This document shows, piece after piece, positions 1 to 10,388 of a stretch of 64,000 nucleotides of DNA. The stretch comes from Escherichia coli (GTDB taxonomy: Bacteria > Pseudomonadota > Gammaproteobacteria > Enterobacterales > Enterobacteriaceae): assembly GCF_045037415.1 (NCBI RefSeq), contig NZ_CP173440.1. The stretch is one strand, 5' to 3'. The translations under genes and the position numbers were made by a program. Each line of letters begins with the position of its first letter. Position 1 is the first letter of the stretch. Below the pieces are notes generated by a model. The model searched no databases, was not told where the DNA came from, and saw only the letters and a list, made by a program, of their open reading frames with translations.

Positions 1-667
1 ATCGATTAGCTTGCTGGCGTTTTTCTTGCACAGCAGATTCTAATCGCTCCCGTTCCTTCATCATCAGCTCATATTCTACGGCTTGGTGTTGTCGCTCTTC
101 TTCTTTTTGACGCAAGTAATCCGAGTAACCACCCCAATATTCCGTAATTTTACCGTCTTTTAACTCCCATATCTTGTCTACAACCATATCAAGAAAATAT
201 CGGTCATGACTGATAACAAGTAATGCTCCATCAAATGCTTTAAGTTGACCAATAAGTAGATCTATTCCATTGAGATCAAGGTGGCTGGTTGGTTCATCCG
301 CTAGAATGCCATGTACTTGTTGGGAAAATGCGGCAGCAATTTTTGCACGAGTTTCCTCTCCGCCACTCATTGTGTCGTTTTGTACATTGGAAACACCAAG
401 GCGAGATAACATTGCCCGGTCTTCGACCGTTTCTATTTCGATTCCGCCCAGTTGGCTGATATGTGCAAAATCACCAAAACGCTGTAATGTCGCTTCGGCT
501 AAAACAATTTCGCCATTAAGTACTTTGAGTAAACTACTCTTTCCTGCTCCGTTATCACCCACAAGACCAATACGGTCATAAGAGTGAATTTCCAATTCAT
601 CAATATCCAAAACATCACGCCCAGCATAATCCAAGCGTATGTTTCTCGCTTTAATAATTAAACTCAT
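1..667 (-). CDS. msr(E): Msr(E) ABC-F ribosomal protection protein, N-terminal ~222 codons (3' end lies beyond the window edge)
   Basis: Minus-strand translation from the ATG at 667-665 reads [50 protein letters not shown]..., with Walker A GDNGAGKS and an MSGGE signature. I recognise it as msr(E). It is missing from the ORF track because it is open at the window edge. Confidence 0.85.
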   Translation of the reverse strand, partial: MSLIIKARNIRLDYAGRDVLDIDELEIHSYDRIGLVGDNGAGKSSLLKVLNGEIVLAEATLQRFGDFAHISQLGGIEIETVEDRAMLSRLGVSNVQNDTMSGGEETRAKIAAAFSQQVHGILADEPTSHLDLNGIDLLIGQLKAFDGALLVISHDRYFLDMVVDKIWELKDGKITEYWGGYSDYLRQKEEERQHQAVEYELMMKERERLESAVQEKRQQANR

Positions 668-1030
668 TTTTATTTACTCCTGTTTAGCTCTTGAAATTTT
701 TTATGCAGCAAACAGGATTTAGGTGAAAACAAAAGCTAGCATCACAGTGTCCTCCCAAAAAAAAAGCTATTCATCCACAGGGTGGACAAATAGCTAGTCA
801 ATTAAGTTATAACTGGAAACTATGCACTAAAAGCATACTTATAAATTAAGCATACTTTTACTTTATATATCCGCATATATTCTTAAAGACACAACAAAAG
901 CCCACCATTATAAAATAGTGTCACTATGCAAATAGTTGTGTCTTAACGAATGCGGATAGAATGCATAAACTTACCTAAAAAATAAAATTCAGTTTTATGA
1001 TAACTTTACTGTTAAAAGAAGTCTAGACAA

Positions 1031-2357
1031 CCTGAGGGATCCCCACAAAATTTCCATTCATACAATCAGCTATCAGCCTGTTTGATTACTGCCCAGTCCC
1101 ACTGAACCACCCACTGTAGTATTTGTTTAAGTCCCTGCTGATAATATTGCCTGCGTATTCGCTGTTTGGGTTCTTTGCAAAGTAATATCCCAAGGAAATT
1201 CAGGGCCAATACCCGCCTATTTTTAACGGTGTTAGCTTGATAACGCAGGTGCAAACCCGCTTTCTCCGCTGCGCTACCTAGCAGGTAATGAAACCAATTA
1301 ACCAATGCGGCCAGTAGTAGCAGTATCTCTAAGCGAGATTTCTTCTTGGTACCATGCAAATCGCTACCCAGGCCATAGCGGTGACTTTTCTGATCACGGA
1401 AGCTTTCTTCAATTTGCATTCGGCTACTGTAGCACTTAGCAATTTTATCCGCATACCCATGGCAGTCAGCTAAGGATGACACCAACAACCATGGTTCCTT
1501 ATACGTCTTATTTTTATCGCGTTTCAATAGCTTATAACCTTTGCCAACCAGGACGGCCTGCGTTTCATAGTGTTGTGTTTGGGCAAGCATGATTTTTCCT
1601 ACACTTTTTGGATCCTTCTTCGCTTGCCGATAAAGCTGATTAACACTGATAAACTTGTCCTGCTCTGCCAATTTAAGCTTCACATTGCCTCGAACTCTAG
1701 CTACATAATGCCATCCCAGCTTACGCACTTGTTTCAGCCATGGAACTTTAAACCCCGCGTCAGTGACAATTACGGGCTTACAGTCCTTGGGTAGCATGGC
1801 TTTAAGCTGCTTTAAAAACGCCCCGTGTAGGTGTGGGCAGGTATAATCTTCTGCGGCGGCAATCTTCTGTAGCAGAGTCAACGCTCTACCGTCAGCGGCA
1901 ATGCTGGCACGCAGGATAAAGTGTCGCTTGGCAGTATCGGCATTGCTCCAGTCAACCAAAATCATCGGCTTAGTTTTATGGCCAACAATAGAAGCCGTCA
2001 GCGCAGCATAAATCAATGGCAGCTCTCGTTGCAGGTTAGGATTATTGAGTAGACGATCTGCCCGTTTGATACTGACCTTATCTGAAGAGCCAGGCATCGC
2101 CCGGCCAATCGCAGTAACGGTGCAACACGCATCCTTTGCCAGGGCGGTTACCGCATCTAGCAAAACCGAAAATCGGGCTTTATGCATTGATTTTGGCGTG
2201 ACAAAGGTGAGGAAATCAGCGAGCATAGCTTTTACATTCATGGTGAGCATCCGCGGTGTGGGAGTTTTGGCGAATGATCAGATCAGGAACCGCCATGAAT
2301 GTTCCCCAATCAACTAACATTTTATTTTAACTACAGAATTTCTGGGGATACCTCAGG
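1031..2357 (-). mobile_element. IS4-family insertion sequence, ISEc29-like
   Basis: Imperfect terminal inverted repeats (CCTGAGGGATCCCCACAAAATT at 1031, complement of CCTGAGGTATCCCCAGAAATTC ending at 2357) bracket a 394-aa transposase ORF. Its position between msr(E) and armA matches the Tn1548-type module as I remember it. Confidence 0.75.
1066..2250 (-). CDS. IS4-family DDE transposase
   Basis: 394-aa ORF inside the IR-bounded element, with IS4-like motifs (e.g. YSSRMQIEESFRDQK). Confidence 0.9.
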   Translation of the reverse strand: MLTMNVKAMLADFLTFVTPKSMHKARFSVLLDAVTALAKDACCTVTAIGRAMPGSSDKVSIKRADRLLNNPNLQRELPLIYAALTASIVGHKTKPMILVDWSNADTAKRHFILRASIAADGRALTLLQKIAAAEDYTCPHLHGAFLKQLKAMLPKDCKPVIVTDAGFKVPWLKQVRKLGWHYVARVRGNVKLKLAEQDKFISVNQLYRQAKKDPKSVGKIMLAQTQHYETQAVLVGKGYKLLKRDKNKTYKEPWLLVSSLADCHGYADKIAKCYSSRMQIEESFRDQKSHRYGLGSDLHGTKKKSRLEILLLLAALVNWFHYLLGSAAEKAGLHLRYQANTVKNRRVLALNFLGILLCKEPKQRIRRQYYQQGLKQILQWVVQWDWAVIKQADS

Positions 2358-2484
2358 TGGTTTGCAACTCTTTGGTTTAATTGGTTTGATTTATGGGCCA
2401 ATTATTTTTGCGTTAACCATGGTGCTGTTACGGCTTTATACTATTGAGTTTAAAGATTTTCTGGAACGCCAAGACAATAGCTAA
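2358..2484 (+). pseudogene. C-terminal fragment of an AI-2E/PerM-type permease, cut by the IS
   Basis: The ORF at 2299-2484 starts inside the IS. Only the part after 2357 (GLQLFGLIGLIYGPIIFALTMVLLRLYTIEFKDFLERQDNS) looks like a membrane-protein C-terminus. Confidence 0.45.
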
Positions 2485-2526
2485 CAATAAGATTGTTGTA
2501 CTTTAGCGCTTCGCCCTGCCCATATC

Positions 2527-2629
2527 GGTATACAGTGCATTTACGGGAGAAAAAACGGCTCAAACAGGAAAAAATGAAATGACTGAGTCAGCCGAGAAGA
2601 ATTTCCCCGCTTATTCGCACCTTCCCTAG
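2527..2629 (-). mobile_element. IS5-family terminal remnant (IR GGAAGGTGCGAATAAG plus ~90 bp)
   Basis: The reverse complement of 2610-2625 is GGAAGGTGCGAATAAG, the IS5 terminal IR as I recall it, followed by CTAG at 2626-2629. No transposase is attached. Confidence 0.45.
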
Positions 2630-2769
2630 ATTGCTTTTGAGCCATGCATGCATTTGTTTTTAACCTTCTAAACTGTAGTTGAAACCTATCTTTTCCTCAA
2701 AATATCCTCTATGTTGTCCAAGGAAAAGATAATCCAAAACTTTGGAAAAACATAGTAAGTGTTTCAGAA

Positions 2770-2985
2770 TTGCACTTGATAAACGAAACTTCATTACTTA
2801 ATAATAACTATACAGCATCTATCCGTTATAGAAGTCAGGATACACCAGTAAAAGTAACCCAGAATGAAAATGGATATATATTTGAATTTTCTGCACCACA
2901 ATGGGCTCCAGCCGTTGGACAGAGTTTAGTACTTTTCCAAGAAAATGAGTGCCTTGGAGGCGGAGTTATTTCTGAAATCCACTAG
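2770..2985 (+). pseudogene. 3' fragment of tRNA 2-thiouridylase (MnmA/TrmU-like)
   Basis: The 71-aa ORF ends ...APQWAPAVGQSLVLFQENECLGGGVISEIH, typical of an MnmA C-terminus. No N-terminal catalytic part is present, and it overlaps the armA 3' end. Confidence 0.55.
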
Positions 2986-3739
2986 TAATATATACTAACT
3001 CATTCCCTATAACCTTCGAATCAAGGATTTTTATCCAACCTTTTGTAAAAGATTCAAACCATAGCTGGTAATTCTCTTCCATTCCCTTCTCCTTTCCAGA
3101 TAAAGACTTTATTGGAAAAGATATTACAAAGTTTTGAGTATGAAAAAGCTGTAGGAAATCCAAGATATTTACATCTTGCTGTTTTAGCACAGGAAGCATC
3201 TTTAAAAGGAATACTACATCATAAGTACCTTTGTAGACATCACTCTCTTTATTCAAAAACCTATACTTTATCGTCGTCTTTAACTTCCCAATAATGCTAC
3301 TCAAAAAAGCTATCTCAGCTCTATCAATATCGTATGCATGATATATTATTTTTTCATTTTCATTCCATTGGTATAAAGCTAATGGATTGAAGCCACAACC
3401 AAAATCTAAAATAGATGAGACATGTTTGATATTTCCAAATACATAAGTGTAAAAGTCATTTAATGTTGCGACTCTTTCATTCGTCGAAGAATGAATCTTT
3501 AGTAAATCTTCTATTGATAACTGCCCCTGATTGTACTTTTTTAATAATTTATCCCAATTAGGATAGGCAGAATAGTAAGACCCCCATATTTGATGCAATT
3601 TCTTTTTAGAATAATTCTCAACTTCCTTTAATTTATATTTCTTCTCAGAAATGGAAACAACCTTTTCAACAATATCTGAATCAAGGTTTTCGTACTTTTT
3701 TGATTCAAGTATCTTCTTAACAACATCATTCTTATCCAT
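2966..3739 (-). CDS. armA: 16S rRNA (G1405-N7) methyltransferase ArmA (aminoglycoside resistance)
   Basis: Taken from the internal Met, the ORF reads MDKNDVVKKILESKKYENLDSDIVEKVVSISEKKYKLKEV...ELVYITSGFQK (257 aa). I recognise it as ArmA. The ORF-track start at 3808 is probably an upstream extension. Confidence 0.93.
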   Translation of the reverse strand: MDKNDVVKKILESKKYENLDSDIVEKVVSISEKKYKLKEVENYSKKKLHQIWGSYYSAYPNWDKLLKKYNQGQLSIEDLLKIHSSTNERVATLNDFYTYVFGNIKHVSSILDFGCGFNPLALYQWNENEKIIYHAYDIDRAEIAFLSSIIGKLKTTIKYRFLNKESDVYKGTYDVVFLLKMLPVLKQQDVNILDFLQLFHTQNFVISFPIKSLSGKEKGMEENYQLWFESFTKGWIKILDSKVIGNELVYITSGFQK

Positions 3740-3952
3740 TTGAAAGAACCTACAAGTTAAGTATTTGATAGGAACTGTCATTTCGGGTTTTTTGCGGTTT
3801 CGGGTCAAAATTCGGTTTTTCCCCCAAACTACGACTGTTTTCGCACCCCGAACAACTAATCCAATCAGAATTTTCCGGCAACGCCGACTCTAAGAAGTGT
3901 AATTCCAGTCCATTTCTGCCGTCAACCCCTGATTCGCGTTAATGCGACAAAG

Positions 3953-4772
3953 GGCACTGTTGCAAATAGTCGGTGGTGATAAACTTATCATCCCCTTTTG
4001 CTGATGGAGCTGCACATGAACCCATTCAAAGGCCGGCATTTTCAGCGTGACATCATTCTGTGGGCCGTACGCTGGTACTGCAAATACGGCATCAGTTACC
4101 GTGAGCTGCAGGAGATGCTGGCTGAACGCGGAGTGAATGTCGATCACTCCACGATTTACCGCTGGGTTCAGCGTTATGCGCCTGAAATGGAAAAACGGCT
4201 GCGCTGGTACTGGCGTAACCCTTCCGATCTTTGCCCGTGGCACATGGATGAAACCTACGTGAAGGTCAATGGCCGCTGGGCGTATCTGTACCGGGCCGTC
4301 GACAGCCGGGGCCGCACTGTCGATTTTTATCTCTCCTCCCGTCGTAACAGCAAAGCTGCATACCGGTTTCTGGGTAAAATCCTCAACAACGTGAAGAAGT
4401 GGCAGATCCCGCGATTCATCAACACGGATAAAGCGCCCGCCTATGGTCGCGCGCTTGCTCTGCTCAAACGCGAAGGCCGGTGCCCGTCTGACGTTGAACA
4501 CCGACAGATTAAGTACCGGAACAACGTGATTGAATGCGATCATGGCAAACTGAAACGGATAATCGGCGCCACGCTGGGATTTAAATCCATGAAGACGGCT
4601 TACGCCACCATCAAAGGTATTGAGGTGATGCGTGCACTACGCAAAGGCCAGGCCTCAGCATTTTATTATGGTGATCCCCTGGGCGAAATGCGCCTGGTAA
4701 GCAGAGTTTTTGAAATGTAAGGCCTTTGAATAAGACAAAAGGCTGCCTCATCGCTAACTTTGCAACAGTGCC
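3953..4772 (+). mobile_element. IS26 (copy 1)
   Basis: An 820-bp unit bounded by GGCACTGTTGCAAA (3953) and TTTGCAACAGTGCC (ending at 4772). Confidence 0.97.
4016..4720 (+). CDS. tnpA: IS26 transposase Tnp26
   Basis: [60 protein letters not shown]..., 234 aa from the conventional start. Confidence 0.95.
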   Translation: MNPFKGRHFQRDIILWAVRWYCKYGISYRELQEMLAERGVNVDHSTIYRWVQRYAPEMEKRLRWYWRNPSDLCPWHMDETYVKVNGRWAYLYRAVDSRGRTVDFYLSSRRNSKAAYRFLGKILNNVKKWQIPRFINTDKAPAYGRALALLKREGRCPSDVEHRQIKYRNNVIECDHGKLKRIIGATLGFKSMKTAYATIKGIEVMRALRKGQASAFYYGDPLGEMRLVSRVFEM

Positions 4773-5533
4773 GTTAAAAGCAACAAAAATGACTTCGTTG
4801 ATGCTGAAGCTATCTGTGAAGCAGCATCACGTCCATCTATGCGTTTCGTGCAGCCCAGAACCGAATCTCAGCAGGCAATGCGAGCTCTGCTCTGCATCGT
4901 GTCCGTGAATCCCTGGTTCAGGATAAGGTGAAAACAACTAATCAGATGCATGCTTTTCTGCTGGAATTTGGTATCAGCGTTCCGCGAGGTGCTGCCGTTA
5001 TTAGTCGACTGAGTACCCTTCTTGAGGACAGTAGTTTGCCTCTTTATCTCAGCCAGTTACTGCTGAAATTACAACAGCATTATCACTATCTTGTTGAGCA
5101 GATTAAAGATCTGGAATCTCAGTTGAAACGAAAGTTGGACGAAGATGAGGTTGGACAGCGCTTGCTGAGTATTCCCTGCGTTGGAACGCTGACTGCCAGT
5201 ACTATTTCAACTGAGATTGGCGACGGGAAGCAGTACGCCAGCAGCCGTGACTTTGCGGCGGCAACAGGGCTGGTACCCCGACAGTACAGCACGGGAGGTC
5301 GGACGACATTGTTAGGGATTAGCAAGCGGGGCAACAAAAAGATCCGAACTTTGTTGGTTCAGTGTGCCAGGGTATTCATACAAAAACTGGAACACCAGTC
5401 TGGCAAGTTGGCCGACTGGGTCAGGGAGTTGTTGTGTCGGAAAAGCAACTTTGTCGTCACCTGTGCTCTGGCAAACAAGCTGGCCAGAATAGCCTGGGCA
5501 CTGACGGCGCGACAGCAAACTTACGAAGCATAA
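4773..5533 (+). pseudogene. IS110-family transposase, N-terminally truncated and frameshifted
   Basis: The frame from 4773 reads VKSNKNDFVDAEAICEAASRPSMRFVQPRTESQQAMRAL and then breaks. The ORF at 4928-5533 continues the family pattern. A tandem CTCTG CTCTG at 4885-4894 causes the shift. Confidence 0.75.
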
Positions 5534-5788
5534 AGGCAGAAATACACCAGTTTAAACAATCATTCATCTGGTTTTGCGAATACTGATATTGATGATACTA
5601 ACGGCCCACCGGCCTGTTGAGGAACCTGTAAAACGGAAAGGCTCATTGAAGCCGTATATTTTCTGGAGGTTCATCAGGCGCGGAACTCATCGAGGCGCGG
5701 GAATAAAATCCCATTCAGACGCCGGATAGATTCAAGCAAGCCAACTTGTCGTCAAAATCGGTGTTGCAAAAACGGGAGTGACCATAGA
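4773..5788 (+). mobile_element. IS1111/IS110-family element (IS5075/IS4321-like), 5' part deleted by IS26
   Basis: It starts abruptly at the IS26 end. It carries the C-terminal two-thirds of an IS110-family transposase and ends inside a Tn21-type IR (see 5789-5810), the known target of this IS group. Confidence 0.7.
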
Positions 5789-5810
5789 TTCCGTTTTCTG
5801 AGGCGACCCC
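5789..5810 (-). repeat. Outer 22 bp of a Tn21/Tn501-family 38-bp terminal IR
   Basis: The reverse complement reads GGGGTCGCCTCAGAAAACGGAA, which matches the start of the Tn21-family IR. It is interrupted by the IS5075-like element. Confidence 0.6.
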
Positions 5811-5891
5811 CACATAGAGACCTTCCCGGTCATTCACTTTGTAGAGTTTGTCCCTGGGCTTGAGATTGCGCAGCTTGGTATCGGTCAGCAT
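5811..5891 (-). pseudogene. First ~27 codons of a P4-type (DUF4102-like) tyrosine integrase
   Basis: Minus-strand reading is ATG...MLTDTKLRNLKPRDKLYKVNDREGLYV, a typical integrase N-terminus. The reading then runs into the transposon IR. Confidence 0.5.
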
Positions 5892-6220
5892 GTACCTTGT
5901 CCTTCTTCGTCTCCGATACCCACTCTATTGTAAACAAGACATTTTTATCTTTTATATTCAATGGCTTATTTTTCTGCTAATTGGTAATACCATGAAAAAT
6001 ACCATGCTCAGAAAAGGCTTAACAATATTTTGAAAAATTGCCTACTGAGCGCTGCCGCACAGCTCCATAGGCCGCTTTCCTGGCTTTGCTTCCAGATGTA
6101 TGCTATTCTGCTCCTGCAGCTAATGGATCACCGCAAACAGGTTACTCGCCTGGGGATTCCCTTTCGACCCGAGCATCCGTATGAGACTCATGCTCGATTA
6201 TTATTATTATAGAAGCCCCC

Positions 6221-7036
6221 ATGAATAAATCGCTCATCATTTTCGGCATCGTCAACATAACCTCGGACAGTTTCTCCGATGGAGGCCGGTATCTGGCGCC
6301 AGACGCAGCCATTGCGCAGGCGCGTAAGCTGATGGCCGAGGGGGCAGATGTGATCGACCTCGGTCCGGCATCCAGCAATCCCGACGCCGCGCCTGTTTCG
6401 TCCGACACAGAAATCGCGCGTATCGCGCCGGTGCTGGACGCGCTCAAGGCAGATGGCATTCCCGTCTCGCTCGACAGTTATCAACCCGCGACGCAAGCCT
6501 ATGCCTTGTCGCGTGGTGTGGCCTATCTCAATGATATTCGCGGTTTTCCAGACGCTGCGTTCTATCCGCAATTGGCGAAATCATCTGCCAAACTCGTCGT
6601 TATGCATTCGGTGCAAGACGGGCAGGCAGATCGGCGCGAGGCACCCGCTGGCGACATCATGGATCACATTGCGGCGTTCTTTGACGCGCGCATCGCGGCG
6701 CTGACGGGTGCCGGTATCAAACGCAACCGCCTTGTCCTTGATCCCGGCATGGGGTTTTTTCTGGGGGCTGCTCCCGAAACCTCGCTCTCGGTGCTGGCGC
6801 GGTTCGATGAATTGCGGCTGCGCTTCGATTTGCCGGTGCTTCTGTCTGTTTCGCGCAAATCCTTTCTGCGCGCGCTCACAGGCCGTGGTCCGGGGGATGT
6901 CGGGGCCGCGACACTCGCTGCAGAGCTTGCCGCCGCCGCAGGTGGAGCTGACTTCATCCGCACACACGAGCCGCGCCCCTTGCGCGACGGGCTGGCGGTA
7001 TTGGCGGCGCTGAAAGAAACCGCAAGAATTCGTTAA
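6221..7036 (+). CDS. sul2: Sulfonamide-resistant dihydropteroate synthase Sul2
   Basis: 271 aa, MNKSLIIFGIVNITSDSFSDGGRYLAPDAAIAQARKLMAEGADVIDLGPASSNP... I recognise it as Sul2. Confidence 0.96.
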   Translation: MNKSLIIFGIVNITSDSFSDGGRYLAPDAAIAQARKLMAEGADVIDLGPASSNPDAAPVSSDTEIARIAPVLDALKADGIPVSLDSYQPATQAYALSRGVAYLNDIRGFPDAAFYPQLAKSSAKLVVMHSVQDGQADRREAPAGDIMDHIAAFFDARIAALTGAGIKRNRLVLDPGMGFFLGAAPETSLSVLARFDELRLRFDLPVLLSVSRKSFLRALTGRGPGDVGAATLAAELAAAAGGADFIRTHEPRPLRDGLAVLAALKETARIR

Positions 7037-7122
7037 CTGCACATTCGGGATATTTCTCTATATTCGCGGTTCAGCAGGCATGTCCCCTTTGAGGGCGACC
7101 CGACGACAGGATAATCGACCTT

Positions 7123-7365
7123 ATGGTGCGCAAATATTTCGGCACAGACGGTATTCGTGGCAAAGCCAACGAAGGCGCGATGACGGCGGAAACCGCCTTG
7201 CGCGTCGGCATGGCGGCTGGCCGTGTCTTTCGTCGCGGTGACCACCGCCATCGTGTCGTGATCGGCAAGGATACGCGCCTGTCGGGCTATATGCTTGAAC
7301 CCGCGCTCACAGCCGGTTTCACCTCGATGGGCATGGACGTATTCCTTTTTGGCCCGCTGCCGACA
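7123..7365 (+). pseudogene. glmM: 5' fragment of phosphoglucosamine mutase (glmM')
   Basis: [36 protein letters not shown]...[12 protein letters not shown], after which homology is lost. This is the classical sul2-glmM'-ISCR2 junction. Confidence 0.8.
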
Positions 7366-7369
7366 ACGT

Positions 7370-9230
7370 ATAGGAAGAATAAACGCCCTTTTCACCCAAG
7401 TCCAACAGCTTTGGACCGCAGTTGACTCTTTCGACACCCCTGCGATGCAACCCAATCCGGCTGACGGGGAGCCAGCAACGCTGAAAATTTACCCTCCTCT
7501 TTCCCACTAGCGGCTCCTTTTCCGACAACCAGCACGGCGGATCCCTGCCGCGGCGCTGTGAACGCAGCATTTTGATTGGTATCGTTGGCCTTCAGGCTCG
7601 TCAGTCAAACAGACCCAGGAGCAGCTCAGCCGGTGGCGCCCGGCTTTCGGGTAACGCCCTGGTCCCGCTGGTTTCGGCTTTGTGCTTCAGGTGATCAAGG
7701 ATCTGCTTGATCACTATAGGGTCTTCAATGCAGGCGATGACTTTCATGGCGCCGCCGCAGCCGCTGCAGGTCTCGATGTCGATATTGAAAACACGCTTGA
7801 GCCGTTGCGCCCATGTCATCGACGCTCGCCGTTGTGCTGGTGTTGCCGGTTCATCAGCCACCCTGACCTTGTTGCCCCTGCCCCGTTTTGCCGGCGTGAC
7901 CAACGCCCGGTGCCGACTGTTGGGTGCGAACACCCCGTGGAAGCGGGTTAGGTTGACTCTGGGCTTCGGTACCAGGGCGGCCAGCCTTGCAATGAAATCC
8001 AATGGTTCGAAAATGACGTGCGTGGTGCCGTCCCGGTACGGCGTCTTGAGCTGGTAGCGCACGTTGCCGCCTCGTGTTAACGACAGCCGCTTCTCGGATA
8101 CCGCCGGGCGGCTGATGTACCGGCACAGCCGTTCGAGCTTCTTGCGTTCATCGGCCCTGGCCGCCACGCCGGCGTGCAGGCTGGACCCGGCTACCTTGCC
8201 AATCCCGTCACCGAACGGATCACCACTGGTCGGCAGAGTTTGCAAAGTGAACACCTTTCGCCCCGCCTGTGAACCGACAGCGATACGGTAAGTGATCGAG
8301 TGCCCCAGCAGGGGTGTCATCGGGTCGTCATCCACCGCATCCGAGGCCAGATAGCTGTTTTCGACATCCCGTTCCAGCAGGCCTTGCCGTTCCAGATAGC
8401 GACCCACCCGGTGGGCGATGGTGTGCGTCAGCTGGGTGAGCTCTGGGCTGGTCGGCGCCTTGACCCAGCGGAAACGCGCTGAGCCGTGGGATTGCTCGAC
8501 ATACACACCGTCGAGAAACAGCATGTGGAAGTGAACATTCAGATTGAGCGCCGATCCAAAACGCTGGATCAGGGTGACCGCGCCCGTCTTGGCCACTTGG
8601 TGGGTATGGCCCGCTTTCTTGACCAGGTGCGTGGCAATGACGCGGTAAACGATGCCCAGCACCCACCCCATGATCTCGGGCCGGCTGGCAAACAGGAAAC
8701 GCAGCTGAAACGGGAAGCTCAACACCCACTGACGCATGGGTTGTTCAGGCAGTACTTCATCAACCAGCAAGGCGGCACTTTCGGCCATCCGCCGCGCCCC
8801 ACAGCTCGGGCAGAAACCGCGACGCTTACAGCTGAAAGCGACCAGGTGCTCGGCGTGGCAAGACTCGCAGCGAACCCGTAGAAAGCCATGCTCCAGCCGC
8901 CCGCATTGGAGAAATTCTTCAAATTCCCGTTGCACATAGCCCGGCAATTCCTTTCCCTGCTCTGCCATAAGCGCAGCGAATGCCGGGTAATACTCGTCAA
9001 CGATCTGATAGAGAAGGGTTTGCTCGGGTCGGTGGCTCTGGTAACGACCAGTATCCCGATCCCGGCTGGCCGTCCTGGCCGCCACATGAGGCATGTTCCG
9101 CGTCCTTGCAATACTGTGTTTACATACAGTCTATCGCTTAGCGGAAAGTTCTTTTACCCTCAGCCGAAATGCCTGCCGTTGCTAGACATTGCCAGCCAGT
9201 GCCCGTCACTCCCACTCGATTGTAAACAAG
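7370..9230 (-). mobile_element. ISCR2 (IS91-like rolling-circle element); boundaries approximate
   Basis: It contains the 497-aa IS91-family transposase. The ends are inferred only from loss of glmM homology and from the conserved box at 9211-9230. Confidence 0.45.
7601..9094 (-). CDS. ISCR2 / IS91-family (HUH Y2) transposase
   Basis: 497-aa ORF with a zinc-ribbon region (CESCHAEHLVAFSCKRRGFCPSCGARR) and IS91-like core motifs. Confidence 0.9.
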   Translation of the reverse strand: MPHVAARTASRDRDTGRYQSHRPEQTLLYQIVDEYYPAFAALMAEQGKELPGYVQREFEEFLQCGRLEHGFLRVRCESCHAEHLVAFSCKRRGFCPSCGARRMAESAALLVDEVLPEQPMRQWVLSFPFQLRFLFASRPEIMGWVLGIVYRVIATHLVKKAGHTHQVAKTGAVTLIQRFGSALNLNVHFHMLFLDGVYVEQSHGSARFRWVKAPTSPELTQLTHTIAHRVGRYLERQGLLERDVENSYLASDAVDDDPMTPLLGHSITYRIAVGSQAGRKVFTLQTLPTSGDPFGDGIGKVAGSSLHAGVAARADERKKLERLCRYISRPAVSEKRLSLTRGGNVRYQLKTPYRDGTTHVIFEPLDFIARLAALVPKPRVNLTRFHGVFAPNSRHRALVTPAKRGRGNKVRVADEPATPAQRRASMTWAQRLKRVFNIDIETCSGCGGAMKVIACIEDPIVIKQILDHLKHKAETSGTRALPESRAPPAELLLGLFD

Positions 9231-9304
9231 CACACAAAACCCTTTAGTGACAACAATTTGCAAGAACTATCAGGCTCAGTGCCATGAAAAATACCATGAC
9301 CAGA

Positions 9305-9529
9305 TCATGAGGTTGAACACGGCTTGCGCCGGCAGCGTTCACGCTCCTGGTCGGCGATCTCGCCCGGCTGCAATGCTAGCTCAGCATCGGTCATGCGCTC
9401 CAGCACGTCGCGTAGGCGGATGGTGCAAGGAATGGGCGGCAGCTCGAACTCATAGCCGCCGGCGATCATTTCGGCCGCAATCTCCTCGGTGATGAAAAAC
9501 GGCTCGTCGTCTTGGTTCGGCTTCTTCAT
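9305..9529 (-). CDS. Hypothetical 74-aa protein downstream of the resolvase
   Basis: ORF overlapping the resolvase stop by 4 nt. No recognisable motif. Confidence 0.35.
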   Translation of the reverse strand: MKKPNQDDEPFFITEEIAAEMIAGGYEFELPPIPCTIRLRDVLERMTDAELALQPGEIADQERERCRRKPCSTS

Positions 9530-10263
9530 GCCCTTTCCTCCTGGCGCTCATCCTGGCCGACAGCGGCCAGGGCATCGGCTTCCGTCAATGCGTCCTCCAC
9601 GAACGCGCCGTGCTGCTTCGCTTCGGCCTGGCTGACCTCGGCCCATATCCGTTTCACCTGGGCCGCACTGTACCCGGCCAGCTCGGCGGTCTTGTTGATG
9701 CTGTAGCCGGACTTGCGCAGCGCGACAACTTGGGCGCGGCGCTTCGGATCAGCACGGCGGCCCTTGTACCGCCCGGCCTGGCGGGCCAACTCAATGCCTT
9801 GGCGCTGGCGTTCGCGCCTGTCCTCGTAGTCGTCGCGGGCCATCTGCAAGGCCAGGCGAAAAAGCATGATCTGCACGGCTTCCAGCACGATCTTGGCGAC
9901 GCCCTGGGCCTCGGCCGCCAGGTCGGATAGATCGACCACGCCAGGGACGGCCAGGCTTGCGCCTTTGGCCTGTATCGAGGCCACCAGGCGCTCGGCCTCG
10001 GGCAAAGGTAGGCGGCTGATGCGGTCGATCTTCTCGGCAATGACCACCTCGCCGGGCTGTAGGTCGCCGATCATGCGCAGCAGCTCAGGCCGGTCGGCGC
10101 GTGCGCCGGATGCCTTCTCACGGTAGATGCCGGCGACGTAGTAGCCGGCGGCCTTCGCGGCCGTAGTGATCGCCTCTTGGCGTTCCAAGTCCTGCGCGTC
10201 GGTGCTGACGCGCAGATAGACCCGCGCCACCATCGGCGCGGCTACTGGCTTCGTCCTGCGCAT
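9526..10263 (-). CDS. Serine recombinase / resolvase
   Basis: N-terminal VYLRVSTDAQDLERQ catalytic-serine motif and a C-terminal HTH. The real start may be the internal Met (MVARVYLRVST, ~10233). Confidence 0.85.
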   Translation of the reverse strand: MRRTKPVAAPMVARVYLRVSTDAQDLERQEAITTAAKAAGYYVAGIYREKASGARADRPELLRMIGDLQPGEVVIAEKIDRISRLPLPEAERLVASIQAKGASLAVPGVVDLSDLAAEAQGVAKIVLEAVQIMLFRLALQMARDDYEDRRERQRQGIELARQAGRYKGRRADPKRRAQVVALRKSGYSINKTAELAGYSAAQVKRIWAEVSQAEAKQHGAFVEDALTEADALAAVGQDERQEERA

Positions 10264-10388
10264 ACTTGCGGGCTCCTTTGGGCATACGCAAAGTGTCCGG
10301 TCATGCTACCCCCGGCCAAAAAGGCCGTCATGCGATTTATCTTGGCCGGGTCGTTATTGGCGGGTCTAAATGGCCGCTCCGTGGATCT

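Noticed and set aside
3890-4543. A 217-aa ORF antisense to the IS26 tnpA, and the first ~197 codons of the 702-aa ORF at 11072.
   Set aside because: This is the well-known antisense open frame within IS26. At 11072-11662 it merely fuses in-frame to the truncated MCP gene.
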